NCBI GenBank assembly: GCA_965287045.1
Contig: OZ336878.1
Location: 53,134,001-53,198,000, forward strand
DNA from: Carcharhinus amblyrhynchos
Lineage: Eukaryota
Direction of reading: 5' to 3'
Length of the DNA stretch: 64,000 bases
Shown: one piece after another, positions 50,715-63,203 of the stretch
How positions within the stretch are numbered: position 1 is the stretch's first letter
Layout: each line of letters starts with the position of its first letter
Notes under the pieces: generated by a model
Told to the model about the DNA's origin: nothing
The model's input: the letters and a program-made list of their open reading frames with translations, nothing else
Database searches by the model: none
Program-made: the position numbers and the translations under genes

Positions 50715-53289
50715 CTATAGATTGACAGCAGAATTGAAAACAGAAATATGATGAAAAATTGTAAAAATAAACAAAGTTGAACATAAAACACAGTAAATGC
50801 AGTCATTTTTGAACCTTGTTCCCTATTATAAGTAACCCCGGACAGATTCAGAATTGCTATTTTGTGGTTACACACTTTCTGTTGTCCAAGCCATACTCAT
50901 CAGTTTACATAACAGTAGCAAATGATAACTTGAGCTAAATGGTCTAATAGCTTAGGTCTCTGACATGGTGGGATGCGGAGATTAAAACATTGACCTGTAA
51001 CTTCCTCAAAGTAGCAATCACCGACAAATTGCCATCTTACTTTCACTGGAATTCCAAAGCCTCCATCTTGCCTGACCTTTCTCACTCAGGCTGGGTGAGA
51101 CAACTGGACGAAGCAGTTCTGGGGCTCCAACAGCAAATGGAGCACAGCGAAGGAGGACGTGTCCTCTGTTTACATCACCAGCTGCCTTAAAGCAGGTGAG
51201 TTTAAGGGGAACTTTGAAAGAGAGAAGGTAAGTTTCGAAAGTAAATGGGATCTGGAAGTGGAAATTCAGACGTGGGGGCGCAGGTTTTGGGTTGAGTCGT
51301 GGGGGAGGGGGGGGTCTGGTGTCATGGCCAGCCTGTGACAGGGGTCAGGCAAAAGGTTTTGACAGGGGAGGGGGAATGATGATGCTTGGTTTGGGGGTGT
51401 ATATATTGTGGGGGGTCTTCTTGGAAGGGGTGGAAATGGGGGTGGTGGAGTCCCCTGGGAGTTAGAAGTCAGGGTGGTGCAGAGGGTTCCCGGTGGGAGC
51501 TGGAGGATGATATAGTGGGGTCTCACGTGGGGCTCAGTCTGGATTTTTAAAATAGTTATGTGGAAGTTACAAGTGCTTTTTTTCCTTCTAACTCTTTCAG
51601 AGTAACTATGAGAGTACAACTGGTAGAACAATCTGAAGCTAGCAACTTAAATCACTTTGTCAGATGGTTCCCAACCCAGTGTAATTGTCCAGGGGAAGTT
51701 AGCTCTTCCGGACAATTGCCAGATAAATGGTTATGTGGAAACATCCAAGAGGGATTCCCCAGCACAACATTGGAGTACCTCCAAATGTGACACAGGGGAG
51801 TTGGGAAATTATGGTGAAGTCATTACTGCTGAGTCTAATCCTACTTTCATCCAATCTTCACACACAAACCCTTTTGCAGCAGGAGTTATTGGATAATGAT
51901 CAGAAATAGAAATCACGCCTTATTTTTCTAGTCTTAGTAAGGGACATTGATGTAGATTATAGCAAACCTACCACCCCTGTGATTTGGTGAGAGTATAGAC
52001 AAAATCTTTATCTTTCAGGTCTCTTTAGCTTGGTTCACATTTGACAAGTTTTTTGCACCATCTGACTTCTGTAGGCATCAGACTAATTTGGAATTGAAAT
52101 GAGATGTCCATTGTGTATGTCGTTGAGGCGGTTTAGTGTGCATTCACCTCTCTGTTCTTGAGCAAATGTTTGTTCTTGGGATTTCAGAAATACTGATAAT
52201 GTTGCATTTACTGACCCTGCTTAGTTGTCACGAGACAGTAGTGATGGGCCTTCAACAATGACTCTATAATCAAATGGTTTACCATGCCATTTCATTGAGT
52301 GGGATTAGGTTTGCCCCCTTGAAGGACATTAATGCAAACAATGGGTTTCTATGACAATCAGGGCCTGGTCACAGATTTACTGAACTTAATTCAGATCTTG
52401 CAGAGTTGAAATCTCAATATTGCCACTACAGTACAATATTATTAAAACCATGTGCCATTGCTAGAGGATGCATAATGACAACTGGCAGAACTACTTTGCT
52501 AATGTTTCCTGTGTGATAAAACACTTATGTCATCAATTTCTCCAGAAGGGTTCTCCCAATTGTCCACTGTAACTTTAGCCAGTTTATATAATTTCTTTCT
52601 CACAGACCTGTTGTCAGTTGGGTGATTGGGAGAACTTTGACAGAAATGTTATTCTTTGGGTTTCATTTACTGTTTGGCTAGCCAGTGTGACTGAAATTGA
52701 AACCTCACAGTGTGGAATACAGCATCTAACACACCATTCATATTCATATCATCCTCTGCATCTTAATAGCCTTGCAGTAATTGTATGTTTCTAATAAATG
52801 TCCTGAGCAAACAAGTGGCACCAAGTGGTTGCGATGCTACACTTGAGGCAATCCAGCTTTAAACAATGCTGCAAGGTTTACTCAGAAAACTGAGAAACTT
52901 TATCAGCTCTCAGAATATTGCACGCACAAAGGTGAACTCTGGTCCTCTCTCCCACTTTACTCATTTAAGTCACTGCAGTGCCCCAATTAAAACTCCATCC
53001 AATGGCCAGCCTCTGACCATACCTTTTTCTGACTTAATTGTGTCCATGGAAGGTTGCTGGGGTGAGCTGCTGGCAATGCTTTTTATTTGATTTTCACATG
53101 ATGATGCAGATGCGAGAGATGAATGTTGGGATGGATTTCCACAATGACTTTGATCATCTGAGAAGAGTAAATATCAATGTAGTGAGATGGACCAAATGCT
53201 ACAAACAGATGAAAACACAAACACATACATATGTGACATGAAACTTTGGGTGATGTTTGGATTTTTTTTAAGCAGTTTTGCACCAAATT

Positions 53290-54990
53290 TGTCACCTAGA
53301 TCCATTAAGAGACTGCAGTTGTACATTTGCATTTTCCTGAGGTACTTGATAAGTTGGTTCACAAGAGGTTTGATAGAAAAATGAAGTTCAATATAAAAAA
53401 GTATAAGGTTGGAAGAACATGGAAAGAGGATATTAAATAAAAGATGCAACTCTAAAGGTGTGCAGGAGCAGAGGGTGCTGGGTGTGTATGTGCATAAGTC
53501 ATTGAAGGTGGCAGGACAAGTGGAGAAAGTAGTTAATAAACAGTTAGTATCCCAGACTTTATAATAGGGGCAAAGAATACAAAAACAAAGAGGTTATGCT
53601 GAAGTTGCATAAGATCCTGGTTAGACCTCAGCTGGAGTATTGCGTAAGTTCTGGGTGTCACACTTTAGAAAGGATGTGAACACATTGGAATCCTCTTCTG
53701 CACTCTTTCCAAAAATGGTTCCAGGGATAAGAAACTTCAGTTATGAAAACAGATCAGAAAAGTTGGGACTAATGTCCTTGGATTAGAGAAGGCTAAGTGG
53801 AGATTTGATCAAGGTGCTCAAAATCATGAGTGGATTGATCAGAGTAGACAGGAAGAAACTGTTCATGCTCATAAAAGAATCGAAAATGAGAGGGCACAGA
53901 TTTAAAGTGATTTGCAAAAGAGCCAAATGTGATGAGAAAAAATATTTTCACACAGCAAATGGTTCAGGTCTGGAATCCATTGCCCAGAAATTTGGTGGAG
54001 ACAAGTTTAATCGAGACATTTAAGAGGGCATTATAAGATTATTTAAACAGAAATAATATGCAAGGATGGGGTGGGGGGAGGTGAAGCAGGAGAATGGCAT
54101 GGTGTCATAATGCGCAGAGAACCAGTAAAGACACAATAGGTAAAATGGCCTCCTTTTGCTCTGTGAGCATGATACAAGATAATGTGTAGAAGCATGGATA
54201 GAAAACTGGATGTCAGGAAAGAGTGAGGCTAAACTGGTGTTGCTGGAAATGTTCCTGGCGTTTAAGTACATGATTTAAACTTAGGTACAAATGAACAGAA
54301 ATTCTATTATTGCTGTTGACAGAAAAATAGGAAGTTTGGCAAACAGTGAGAAGAAACATAAAAATTTCAGTAAAATTTGGAAAATTGAGCAGAATATGCA
54401 AATGGGTAGCTGGTGCCAAAGGTCTCGTGTACAACTGCATTCCTTTTAAGGATCTATGTAACTGGTGCAACATGATGTGAATCAGAACTAGGAATACATT
54501 TTGGAAAAAGTACATATATTCATGTAATGAAAAGATATAGCATTGTTATTGGGGAGACCCAATGGGATCAAATAGTTAAATCCTTTAAAGTGCAAGTGTA
54601 GGTAAATATTGAAACCATAAAGGTCAATAGGATCTGGAGTTTTAGAAAGAACAGCATTGAGTACAAGAGTAAAGAAGTAGTGATGAATTTGTAGCTAATA
54701 TTTGTTAGGCCTTATTTAATGATGTGCAGTTTGGACAGCCTGTTAAAGAAAGGACATTGAAACAATAACATACAAGAACATATAGTATAGATAATCTCGG
54801 GAATGGGAAACTATGAGAGGCACCTGAAGGGCTCAACTATTTCCACTGATGCAGAGAAGACTGATGAGATTTAATGGACATTTTAAAAGTTGTGAGGAAT
54901 TTTCATAGAACAAATAGGAAAAAACAATTCCTTCTTGTTAAGGAGCCAATTATCAGCGACCATCAATTTAAATCTGTTGGATTGTTTTGT
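53290..54990 (+). mobile_element. Two tandem degraded CR1 3' fragments
   Basis: LVRPQLEYC remnant at about 53620, RGHRFK at about 53890; a second, more decayed copy at 54180-54990. Confidence 0.75.
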
Positions 54991-56494
54991 TAAGATTTCT
55001 TAGCCAATGCTGAAACTTTTTCATAATTTCTCTTCCCTCAGCCACCCACTCGCCAAGTATCTGGCTCAATAAAACCTTGATATCTGGTAAGATGTTTAGT
55101 TGATTTAATTGGTCTTTTGTTTAAGCTAGCCACAGTTGTACTTGGCATGCAGCATTCTGACTATGGTTCCTGCAGTCGGGCTGCATACAGATTTACTAAA
55201 GAAGTAGTGGTTGTTGCAAAAAATGCTAATACACTGTGACCTCTGCAGTCTGGCAATCTATTGTTTGGAAACACCAGTTGTCTGGTAATGTTTTGAGCAG
55301 GCCCAAGCATTTTCTGAACATACTCAGCATCATTTTAGTACAATACTTTGGGAGCGGAAATGTGGAAGATGCAGTATTTGGATAAGGAACAATGTTTTAT
55401 CACTGTTTAATGTTTCAGATAAATATGTATAAATATGGTGTTTTCTGATTCAAACACTTGTGGTTAGATATTCTAACTTCATAATTCAGAAATTTCCAAA
55501 ATATAGAAATGACATGTCCCAGGCATTCCAAACTGGAGAGGTTATAGTGCTGTACTTTTCAGAATTGTGCTTCATCCGGGCTATCAAATTATAATTGCTT
55601 TGAGAGACGAGGGAAAAATGTCAATACAAGTATATTCAAGGGGTGAGAAGAAATGATCCATGAAATCAAGTTATGTTAAAGATTAATAAAGTGACGAGCT
55701 CACTCTCTGATGTCATGAAATCACTATTATGTCATGAAATAATTCTGTGATGTCACAAGGTTACTCTATGATGATCTGAAGCTGGAATGAGCAGTACCAA
55801 CAAGATAGATTAAAGGCAGCAAAAGTATTGTGATAACTGTGAGTGCAAATGAATGGATAACGTGAATGTTAAAGGACCTAGATTTCTTATAGTTAGGTAA
55901 TCAGTGAGTCAAAACTGCTCATTAGAGTCAGCCACATGACAGAATAATTATCCAATGTCCTTTCACACTGGAACAGCTCAAAGAACTTGACACAATGCAC
56001 TGTTCTGTGGAGTGCAGTGTATCTTGCCAAGTAGGCAATGTAGCAGCCATTCTGAGTCAGCAACATCTGACAAACACCAGTTTTGGTCTCACTCATGACA
56101 AATGTAGTCCAGGACACTGAGAAAACTTCCTGCTCATCTTCAACAACACAACTGAATCTTTACCTGTATCAACAGAATAGGCATATTCGGAACTGCTTTA
56201 ATGTCTCATCTGAAAGATGGGATATCAGACCACATTGCGTGCTTTCAGAACTGCACTGAAGTCAACTTATCTCAAGTCTAACCACATCTTATAATTTAGA
56301 GGTGAGAGAACAACCAGCTGAGCCTAGCTGGTACCGTAACTTGTTCACCTTACAAGTAGAGATACCTGTATACAAATAGTTGTAATATAGTTATGGTATT
56401 GCTTTTGATATTCTGGTGGATTTTTTTGTGTACTGTAGTAATACATGAAATGTTGGTACTGATATTAGATAAACATTTTATCAATTCTGATCGC

Positions 56495-56628
56495 TAAGTT
56501 TTGATTAATAAGGGGATCAGGGGTTATGGGGAAAAGGCAGGAGAATGGGAATGAGAAAAAATCAGCCATGATTGAATGGCACAGCAGACTGGATGGGCCG
56601 AGTGGCCTAATTCTGCTCCTATGTCTTA
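56495..56628 (+). mobile_element. CR1 3'UTR tail fragment
   Basis: GYGEKAGEW end plus tcagccatgattgaatggc...ctgctcctatgtctt. Confidence 0.8.
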
Positions 56629-57131
56629 AGATAGCTAAAATCTCACATTAGGCTTGATTACCTTATAGGCTTGGTGCAATATACGTAAACATTATGTCAT
56701 AATCTGCTATCTGCTTTGTCCCACTGTGACCTATTCCATTTCCCATGACTGTTACTTCTGCCTTTCTAAGGAATTACCTGCATTGTGGACAGTTTTGTAT
56801 TGAGGACTTCCACCCAATGGGAATTGCTCCAAATTAAATCAATATTGAGTTTTTCCAGAGGCCAGCTGCACTGGATTGACCTCAGTTGAATCTTAATGCA
56901 GCTCATCGACATGGAAGAGGTATGCTAACTATCTGCAGCACCTTACATCGTCATTTCAATATCACAGAAATACTTTAAAATAATTTTTCATTTCCACTGT
57001 TATTTCACCACTCAAATGTTAAAGAAACAACTTGGGACATTATTTCACTTCAACACATATAAAACAAGATGGACAAACTGTTTTGCTCGACCTGTGTTTA
57101 AAAGCATGAATAGTTATAATTTTGAACCCAC

Positions 57132-57385
57132 CTGCTGTAGTTTGTGTTTCGAGCCCTGTGTTCTGCTGATCATTGTGTGAGTACTCACTGCTCGAGTCAA
57201 CTTCACAATGATACACTTCCAGGTCGTCATTGGTCGACTCCTGTTCCTCTGACACAAATGATGCCCTGTCAGACTGCTCCGAGTCCGAGAGAACATGACT
57301 GCTGGAGGGAGTGTCTGCTCGACTCTGCAGCTTGCAGCTCAGGGATTCAATGAGCTTGTTCTTCTGCTGAAGTTCTTTACTCAGT
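57132..57385 (-). CDS. PDE4DIP: Myomegalin exon
   Basis: LSKELQQKNKLIESLSCKLQSRADTPSSSHVLSDS...SSEYSH (human TPSSSHALSDS); 254 nt; phase 2 to 1. Confidence 0.92.
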
Positions 57386-57759
57386 CTGCAAATAGGTTAA
57401 TAATTCAATTAAAGGGGAAATCGCCATCCTTCTAAAGCGTCTGTACCAATTTCTTCCAAACTCACAATATACATTGATTGCTAGGAAATTTTACACGTTT
57501 TTCCATTAAATGTATTGAAATTATGAAACTGTTTATAAAGAATGGGTTTAAGAGATTTTTTTTTTTACATAGAATTTTACGGCACAGTAGGTCATTTGGC
57601 CCATCATCCTTTTCCGGCTTTCTGGAACATCATGGATCTGTGGTCATATTCATTGGAACTGGAATTGACTTAGGTAATCACAGGCAACCTGGCCTGAGTA
57701 TGGCTGCTTCCCCACTTCATGCTTCTTCTGAAATGGTCATCAAATGCACGGTGGCAAGA

Positions 57760-58450
57760 GCTATACCCTCAGCATGATCAAACTGTGCAGGATGTAGCAG
57801 ACCACCACCACAAAACTTGCTCTAGCAAGTACAGGGGACTCCTCCTACAGGAGCAATTGAGGCAGCAGAGTCTAGCTTCCACACCACAATGATCAGCTTG
57901 ATGACGTTCCATGTGACAGCACGGCTCTCATTATATGCTGGCCATGTGTGGCTTAAACAGCTCTTGACACCCAGCAGCACACTCTAGATTTGCTTGATGG
58001 CTGAAAGATTACTGGAACAGTGGATTGGCACAGAATGAATGCAAAAGACCTCTGCCATGATAATGGACATTCTGAGCATGGTTACCTGCCAGCTGCCCAT
58101 TGAATTCATGCTAACCTTTGCAGTTTCAGAACATTTCAGTATGGAAATGAGACACCCTGATAGACATGTGTATGGAGTTGATGGTATCTACACCACAAGG
58201 AAGTCTACTATTTTGGGAAGGCCATGAGTATGCTTTGTTGTTTCTCTCTGTTCAAAGTTCCCTTGTGGCATACAGAGTCACTGTCATTTCTTTGATGCAG
58301 TAATGGACAGTAAACTGGGAATTGTTACAGATGCTACCTATTCCAGCCTGAAAGCATCCCGAAAGGGTAGAAATTGAGGGCCACAGTTACATTCCCTGTC
58401 ACTGCAGTGCCATACACACCCTTAAGCTGCAGATCAGGTTCCTAGCAGTA
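57760..58450 (-). mobile_element. PIF/Harbinger (HARBI1-like) transposase relic
   Basis: With frameshifts the - strand reads AFILCQSTVP ... YNESRAVTWNVIK ... VVVVCYILHSL, resembling Harbinger DDE C-terminal motifs (HDAFIL, YNxxHxxTRNxIE, CCxLHN). Confidence 0.55.
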
Positions 58451-59780
58451 GCAGATTTCTGTAAGCAGCACTTACTTCAATCAGGCTTTGAAAGAGGTAA
58501 GGAAATTGCTCCCAAAAAACGGTACATTGATAAGGCCTCCTGCTGAGAGTCCTTCTTTCTCCATCTCCCTCTGCAAGAAAACTTATTTGCTACCTTTGCA
58601 CCATCTCTCTCTCATGCCACATTTCCAGGTGACACTGCAACTATGACAGCTGTTCTAACGCTGATACAATGGGCTAAATGGCATCCTTTTGTGCTATAAA
58701 CCACCGTGGTTCTATCCTAGTACATCACGTTTCCATCTACTCCATGTTATCCTTCCGAACATAAGGCCCTCAAAATTAGACACAGTGGGTATATTTCTCT
58801 GGTCTTATATATGGGGGGCCCATTTGGCATCCTGCTAAAACTCCATTCACTTTCAGTGGCATCGGAAAATCCCAGCCACAAACAAGTTCAGGGAATTTCA
58901 GCCAATATTTTAATTGTGGTCGGAATGCAGCATGAAGAGGATACCTCACCCCATAACGTAAAAATGTAACACAATATTTTAGAAGTTTCAGTACAGAAAT
59001 TTAACTAATGTCCTGCAATTTTGAAATGGTCAGCAGGCATGTGAATTTCAAGTTGCAATCTGTCACACCTAAACTGGACTGCAACTGTGCTTGATGCCTG
59101 AAACAGACATTAAGCTCCTTAAGTATGTAGAATTGGAATCCTGTATCTACTTTTGGAAATTATATATGAAATCCAGCTACAAACAAGCACAGCCTTCACT
59201 AAACTGAAATGCAGTGTATATCTGTGCCAAGATTTGATCAGCCTAACCAAAAACTCTAAAAGGGATTGCTGGATGCCATATATAAAACAATTTTCTTTTA
59301 TTATCATATAACCCAGAAGCATTAGTTCTTTTGGGCCTACAAAAAACCTCTGATACACTCCACTGCCTACGTGTTCGAGCTACTCCCACCAGAATCATCT
59401 ACTGACCGAAATGAGAACTGGCAGATTTCCAGTTGGTGAGTAGCTGCAGGCCAACCACTTGGTGCAGATAGATCTCCAGCAGCATTTAAATGAGTTATGG
59501 CTCAGGCTGGCACATGGAACAGTTGATCTGGTTTTCCATCCATTTTAGGTGCAAGTCAAAAACCTGTCAGTTTATTAGTATACTGGAGTTTTACGTGTAG
59601 AAATTGGGACTGTGGTCTCATGTATGTATTAAATCCAGTGCAATTATGTTGGGTCATAAATCCAACATCAACATGCCAGTTTTCATAAAATGGTAATTGG
59701 GCAGGGTGAAATCAACAGCTCACCACCATATTATAAAAAGAACTCATCAATGGGCAATGCAGCTGGTTAACAAGCCAACT

Positions 59781-60077
59781 GACGGTGGCACAGTGGTTAG
59801 CACTGCTGCCTCACAGCGCCAAGGATCCAGGTTCGATTCCCAGCTTGGGTGACTGTGTGGAGTCTGCACATTTTCCCCATATCTGCGTGGATTTTCTGTG
59901 GGTGCTCTGGTTTCCTCCCATTGTCTGAAAGATTTGCTGGTTAGGTGCATTGGTCATGCTAAATTCTCCTTTAGTGTACCCAAACAGGTGCCTGAGAGTG
60001 GCGGCTAGGGGATTTTCACAGTAATTTCATTGCAGGTGTTACTGTAAACCTATTTGTGATATTAATGAATAAACTTT
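59781..60077 (+). mobile_element. tRNA-derived V-domain SINE with a different 3' tail
   Basis: tggcacagtggtt A-box, ggttcgattcc B-box, V-domain; ends aataaacttt. Confidence 0.85.
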
Positions 60078-60984
60078 ACTGCGCTGCCGAGTCTAGGGTA
60101 GAAAGGGAGCACTTCATTTTTCAGGAGATACTACCTGTGCACATTGGGGATACCTCTCCAAGGTGGTACTCCAGTTTGTGCCTTCCTGATGACTTCCAAA
60201 ACTGGACCCCCAACTTTCTTCCCTCTTTTCCCAGGGTGCTGGATCCCTCTCCACCCAGAAGTCCCAGATTTACCTGAGTCCAGGATCCACGTTATCTTCT
60301 TTCAGACTCTATTGAGTATGGCATTGCTGGAACCACAAAAGCTGCTTTCTTCCACTGAAGGGCAGAAGCCCCACTTTGAGCTTATTAAGGCTGTCTGTAG
60401 CATAATATTGCTTCAGGGCAGCTTCCCTTTTAAGATTTTCAGTTTGTGCCTAAGCTTTTTAACAGAAAGGGAGGGAGCAAGCAACATGACAGCCAACCCC
60501 TAAAAACCAGCCCATTGAATGTTTATTGAGGTATCAAAAGTGGAAAATTTTCCATATCAAGTACCAAGCTCATAAGATACAGCACAAGCAGGGACAGAGT
60601 AAAGTTCTCCTCTACCACAATAATGGGTGGAGAGGAATATCTTCCATTTGTAACCTTGTTATTAAAGAGGAAACCAAACCCACTATACTTTAAACCACAC
60701 AATGTGATTCTGAATATAATTTTTCATCTAGGATGTGCAGATAACAATTAACAATCTGCCCCAGACTTAATTATAAACTGCGATCCAGAATTGAAGGTTT
60801 ATTTCAATAGTGTCATCCAAAATTACATCATAAAAATATACCAATTAGGAAAAGAGCAAGATTCAAGATAAGTGCCACTGAGACAGATTTCATTACTGCC
60901 AAAGTGGCTGAAATAATCCTTACATTCCAATTTCTGTGGACATTGTTTTCTGTAATTATCAAGAAAATCAGCAGAATTATGCAT

Positions 60985-62345
60985 AGCTGGATTGTATTAT
61001 CTAACAGTGATTATTATTTACCTTTATATGCAATCACTCTATTAACCTGTAGTTACATGAACAGTATTGGCAGCTACATACAACACACTCTATTTGCCTG
61101 CATTTGCAATATTGTATTAACCTGCGTGTAGACGGTGTTAGCCTGTGTGTACAGTGATTTCATTAATAAACACAACTATAATAACCTGGAGGCAGAACAG
61201 TTGTGTTCATATTTCTGCTCAGGAACTGTATTAACCAGTGACAGCACAGAAAGCAACTCCATTTCATCTGTAAATGGATGGATTGTATTAATTCAAACAT
61301 ACAGCAACTAAATTAAGTAGTACGCACAGCTTCTGCATTGCATTGTATTTATAGTGACAATATTGGTCTGTATTTAAAACAATTGCATTAATCTTCAAAT
61401 ACAATCATCATATTATTTGCGGTGAGTACATTAACTTGTTGTATTAATTGTACACTGAGGACGCTAACCTGTGTCAGTGAGAACATTTACCCATATAAAC
61501 AGCAATTGTGTTGACTATGCAGTGAATTGGTAAATTGTGTATAAAGCTTCCACATTGTCTGTATAGTAGCAGTACTTGACCTGTGTATATTGTGATTGCT
61601 TAAGCCTGCCTGTACAATCATTTCATTACTGTACAAGTGAGAAAATTAACTTTACATACTGCAAGCACATTAACCAGAATATACAGTGAGTACATAACCT
61701 GTATTTGCAGCATTTATATTAATCTGGTATACAGCATCTGTATTAATTGCATAGCAATGAATGAATTCCTGGTGCCTTGCACATAACAGCATTGTATTAA
61801 CCTACATTACAGTAATTATATTAACCAGTATTTACAACGATTGTGTTAAACTGTGAATAGAGTATCTGTACTAACTTTGTAAGATACTAACTTTTACTTT
61901 ATATTCAATAACTGTTGCATTGTATAAACCTATAATGCACAGACACAGTTAGTTCATTAACTTGTGTATGCAGAGATATTAACTGTACATTCAGCAGTTG
62001 TAAGAATTGGAATATTCTAACTATATTAACCTGTATTTAGTTTATTATTTGATCTAGGTATAATCTGTACAGAGGCTGTAATAACCTACACATGCTGACC
62101 ATATTAACCTGTAATAACCCACTCACACACTAACAATATTAATTAACCTGAAATAACTTGCACACAATGACTACATCCATCTGCACCTACATATACCGGC
62201 TATATTAACCTATATCTACAAAGATCCCATAACAATCTACCCACTATTGTATATACAGGTTAATATAGTCAATGTAATTAATCTGTGTATATACTGTATG
62301 AACCTCTATGACTCACCAAGCTACAACATATATAACTACTGCATT
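60985..62345 (+). repeat. Degenerate minisatellite-like array, about 26-bp period
   Basis: Recurring (t)attaacctg...tacag core, for example 61669-61880 at about 26-nt spacing. Confidence 0.7.
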
Positions 62346-62395
62346 ATAGCAACTTTTAAAGCAGAGTGGCCCAAAAGCAAAGCAAGGCCCTCAGT

Positions 62396-62740
62396 ATAGA
62401 ATCACAGAAATCCTACAGTAGAGAATGAGGCCATTCGGCCCATCAAATCTGCACAGACAGTAATCCCAACCCTGGCCCCATCCCCACAACCCCACACATT
62501 TACTCTGCTAATCCTTCTAACCTACACATCCCGGGACACTAAGGGGCAACTTAGCGTGGCCAATGCACCTAACCCGCACATTTTTGAACAGTGGGAGGAA
62601 ACCAGAGCACCTGGAGGAAACCCAAGCAGACATGGGGAGAACGTGCAAACTCCACACAGACATTGACCCAAGCTGGGAATTGAATCCAGGCCCCTGAGCT
62701 GAGAGACAGTAGTGCTAACCACTATGCCACTGTGCTGCCC
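62396..62740 (-). mobile_element. Full-length HE1-like V-SINE
   Basis: Reverse complement gggcagcacagtggcatagtggttagcac..., V-domain, tail gattctat. Confidence 0.88.
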
Positions 62741-63065
62741 CTAAAACTCGTAATGAAATAAACCTCAGTAACTTCATTAACCTGCAAATGTTGACTTCTT
62801 ACCCAACTTGAGGGCATTTTCATTGATTAACCACATTTCAGACTGACACCTTCATACATAACTTTGTAATTTGCCCTTGCTCCAATCTCTAACTTACCAA
62901 GTTTATGCATGTTTTACAGTCTGAATAGACAATGAATTTCACAAAAAATATAACCAGTGTTTTAGCTGCTAGCTTATTGGCAACTCATTAAATAAGGAGT
63001 TAACAAAAAGTCCCTTTGGCACCTTTGCCTCAGTGATTAAGATAAAGCCAGAATGCATCTCTTAC

Positions 63066-63203
63066 TTGTCAAATTCCTCTCTGGTGCTTGCAGCCAGGAT
63101 TTGCTGCTGCTGCCTTAAATTTTTCAGCTGCCCGTGTAGCAGACTTCGTTCCTTCTCCATCTGTTTGCGAAGTAAGATAATTTCCCTCTCCAGGTTACGG
63201 GCA
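63066..63203 (-). CDS. PDE4DIP: Myomegalin exon (coiled coil)
   Basis: tccttgtgcag|ARNLEREIILLRKQMEKERSLLHGQLKNLRQQQQILAASTREEFDK|gtaag; phase 2-2, in frame with the next exon. The gene presumably continues beyond the window. Confidence 0.85.

Noticed and set aside
51965-52160. Possible missing PDE4DIP exon
   Set aside because: No convincing acceptor or similarity to myomegalin.
60985-62345. CRISPR-like repeat-spacer array
   Set aside because: Units are short and highly degenerate, there are no cas genes, and the context is a vertebrate intron.
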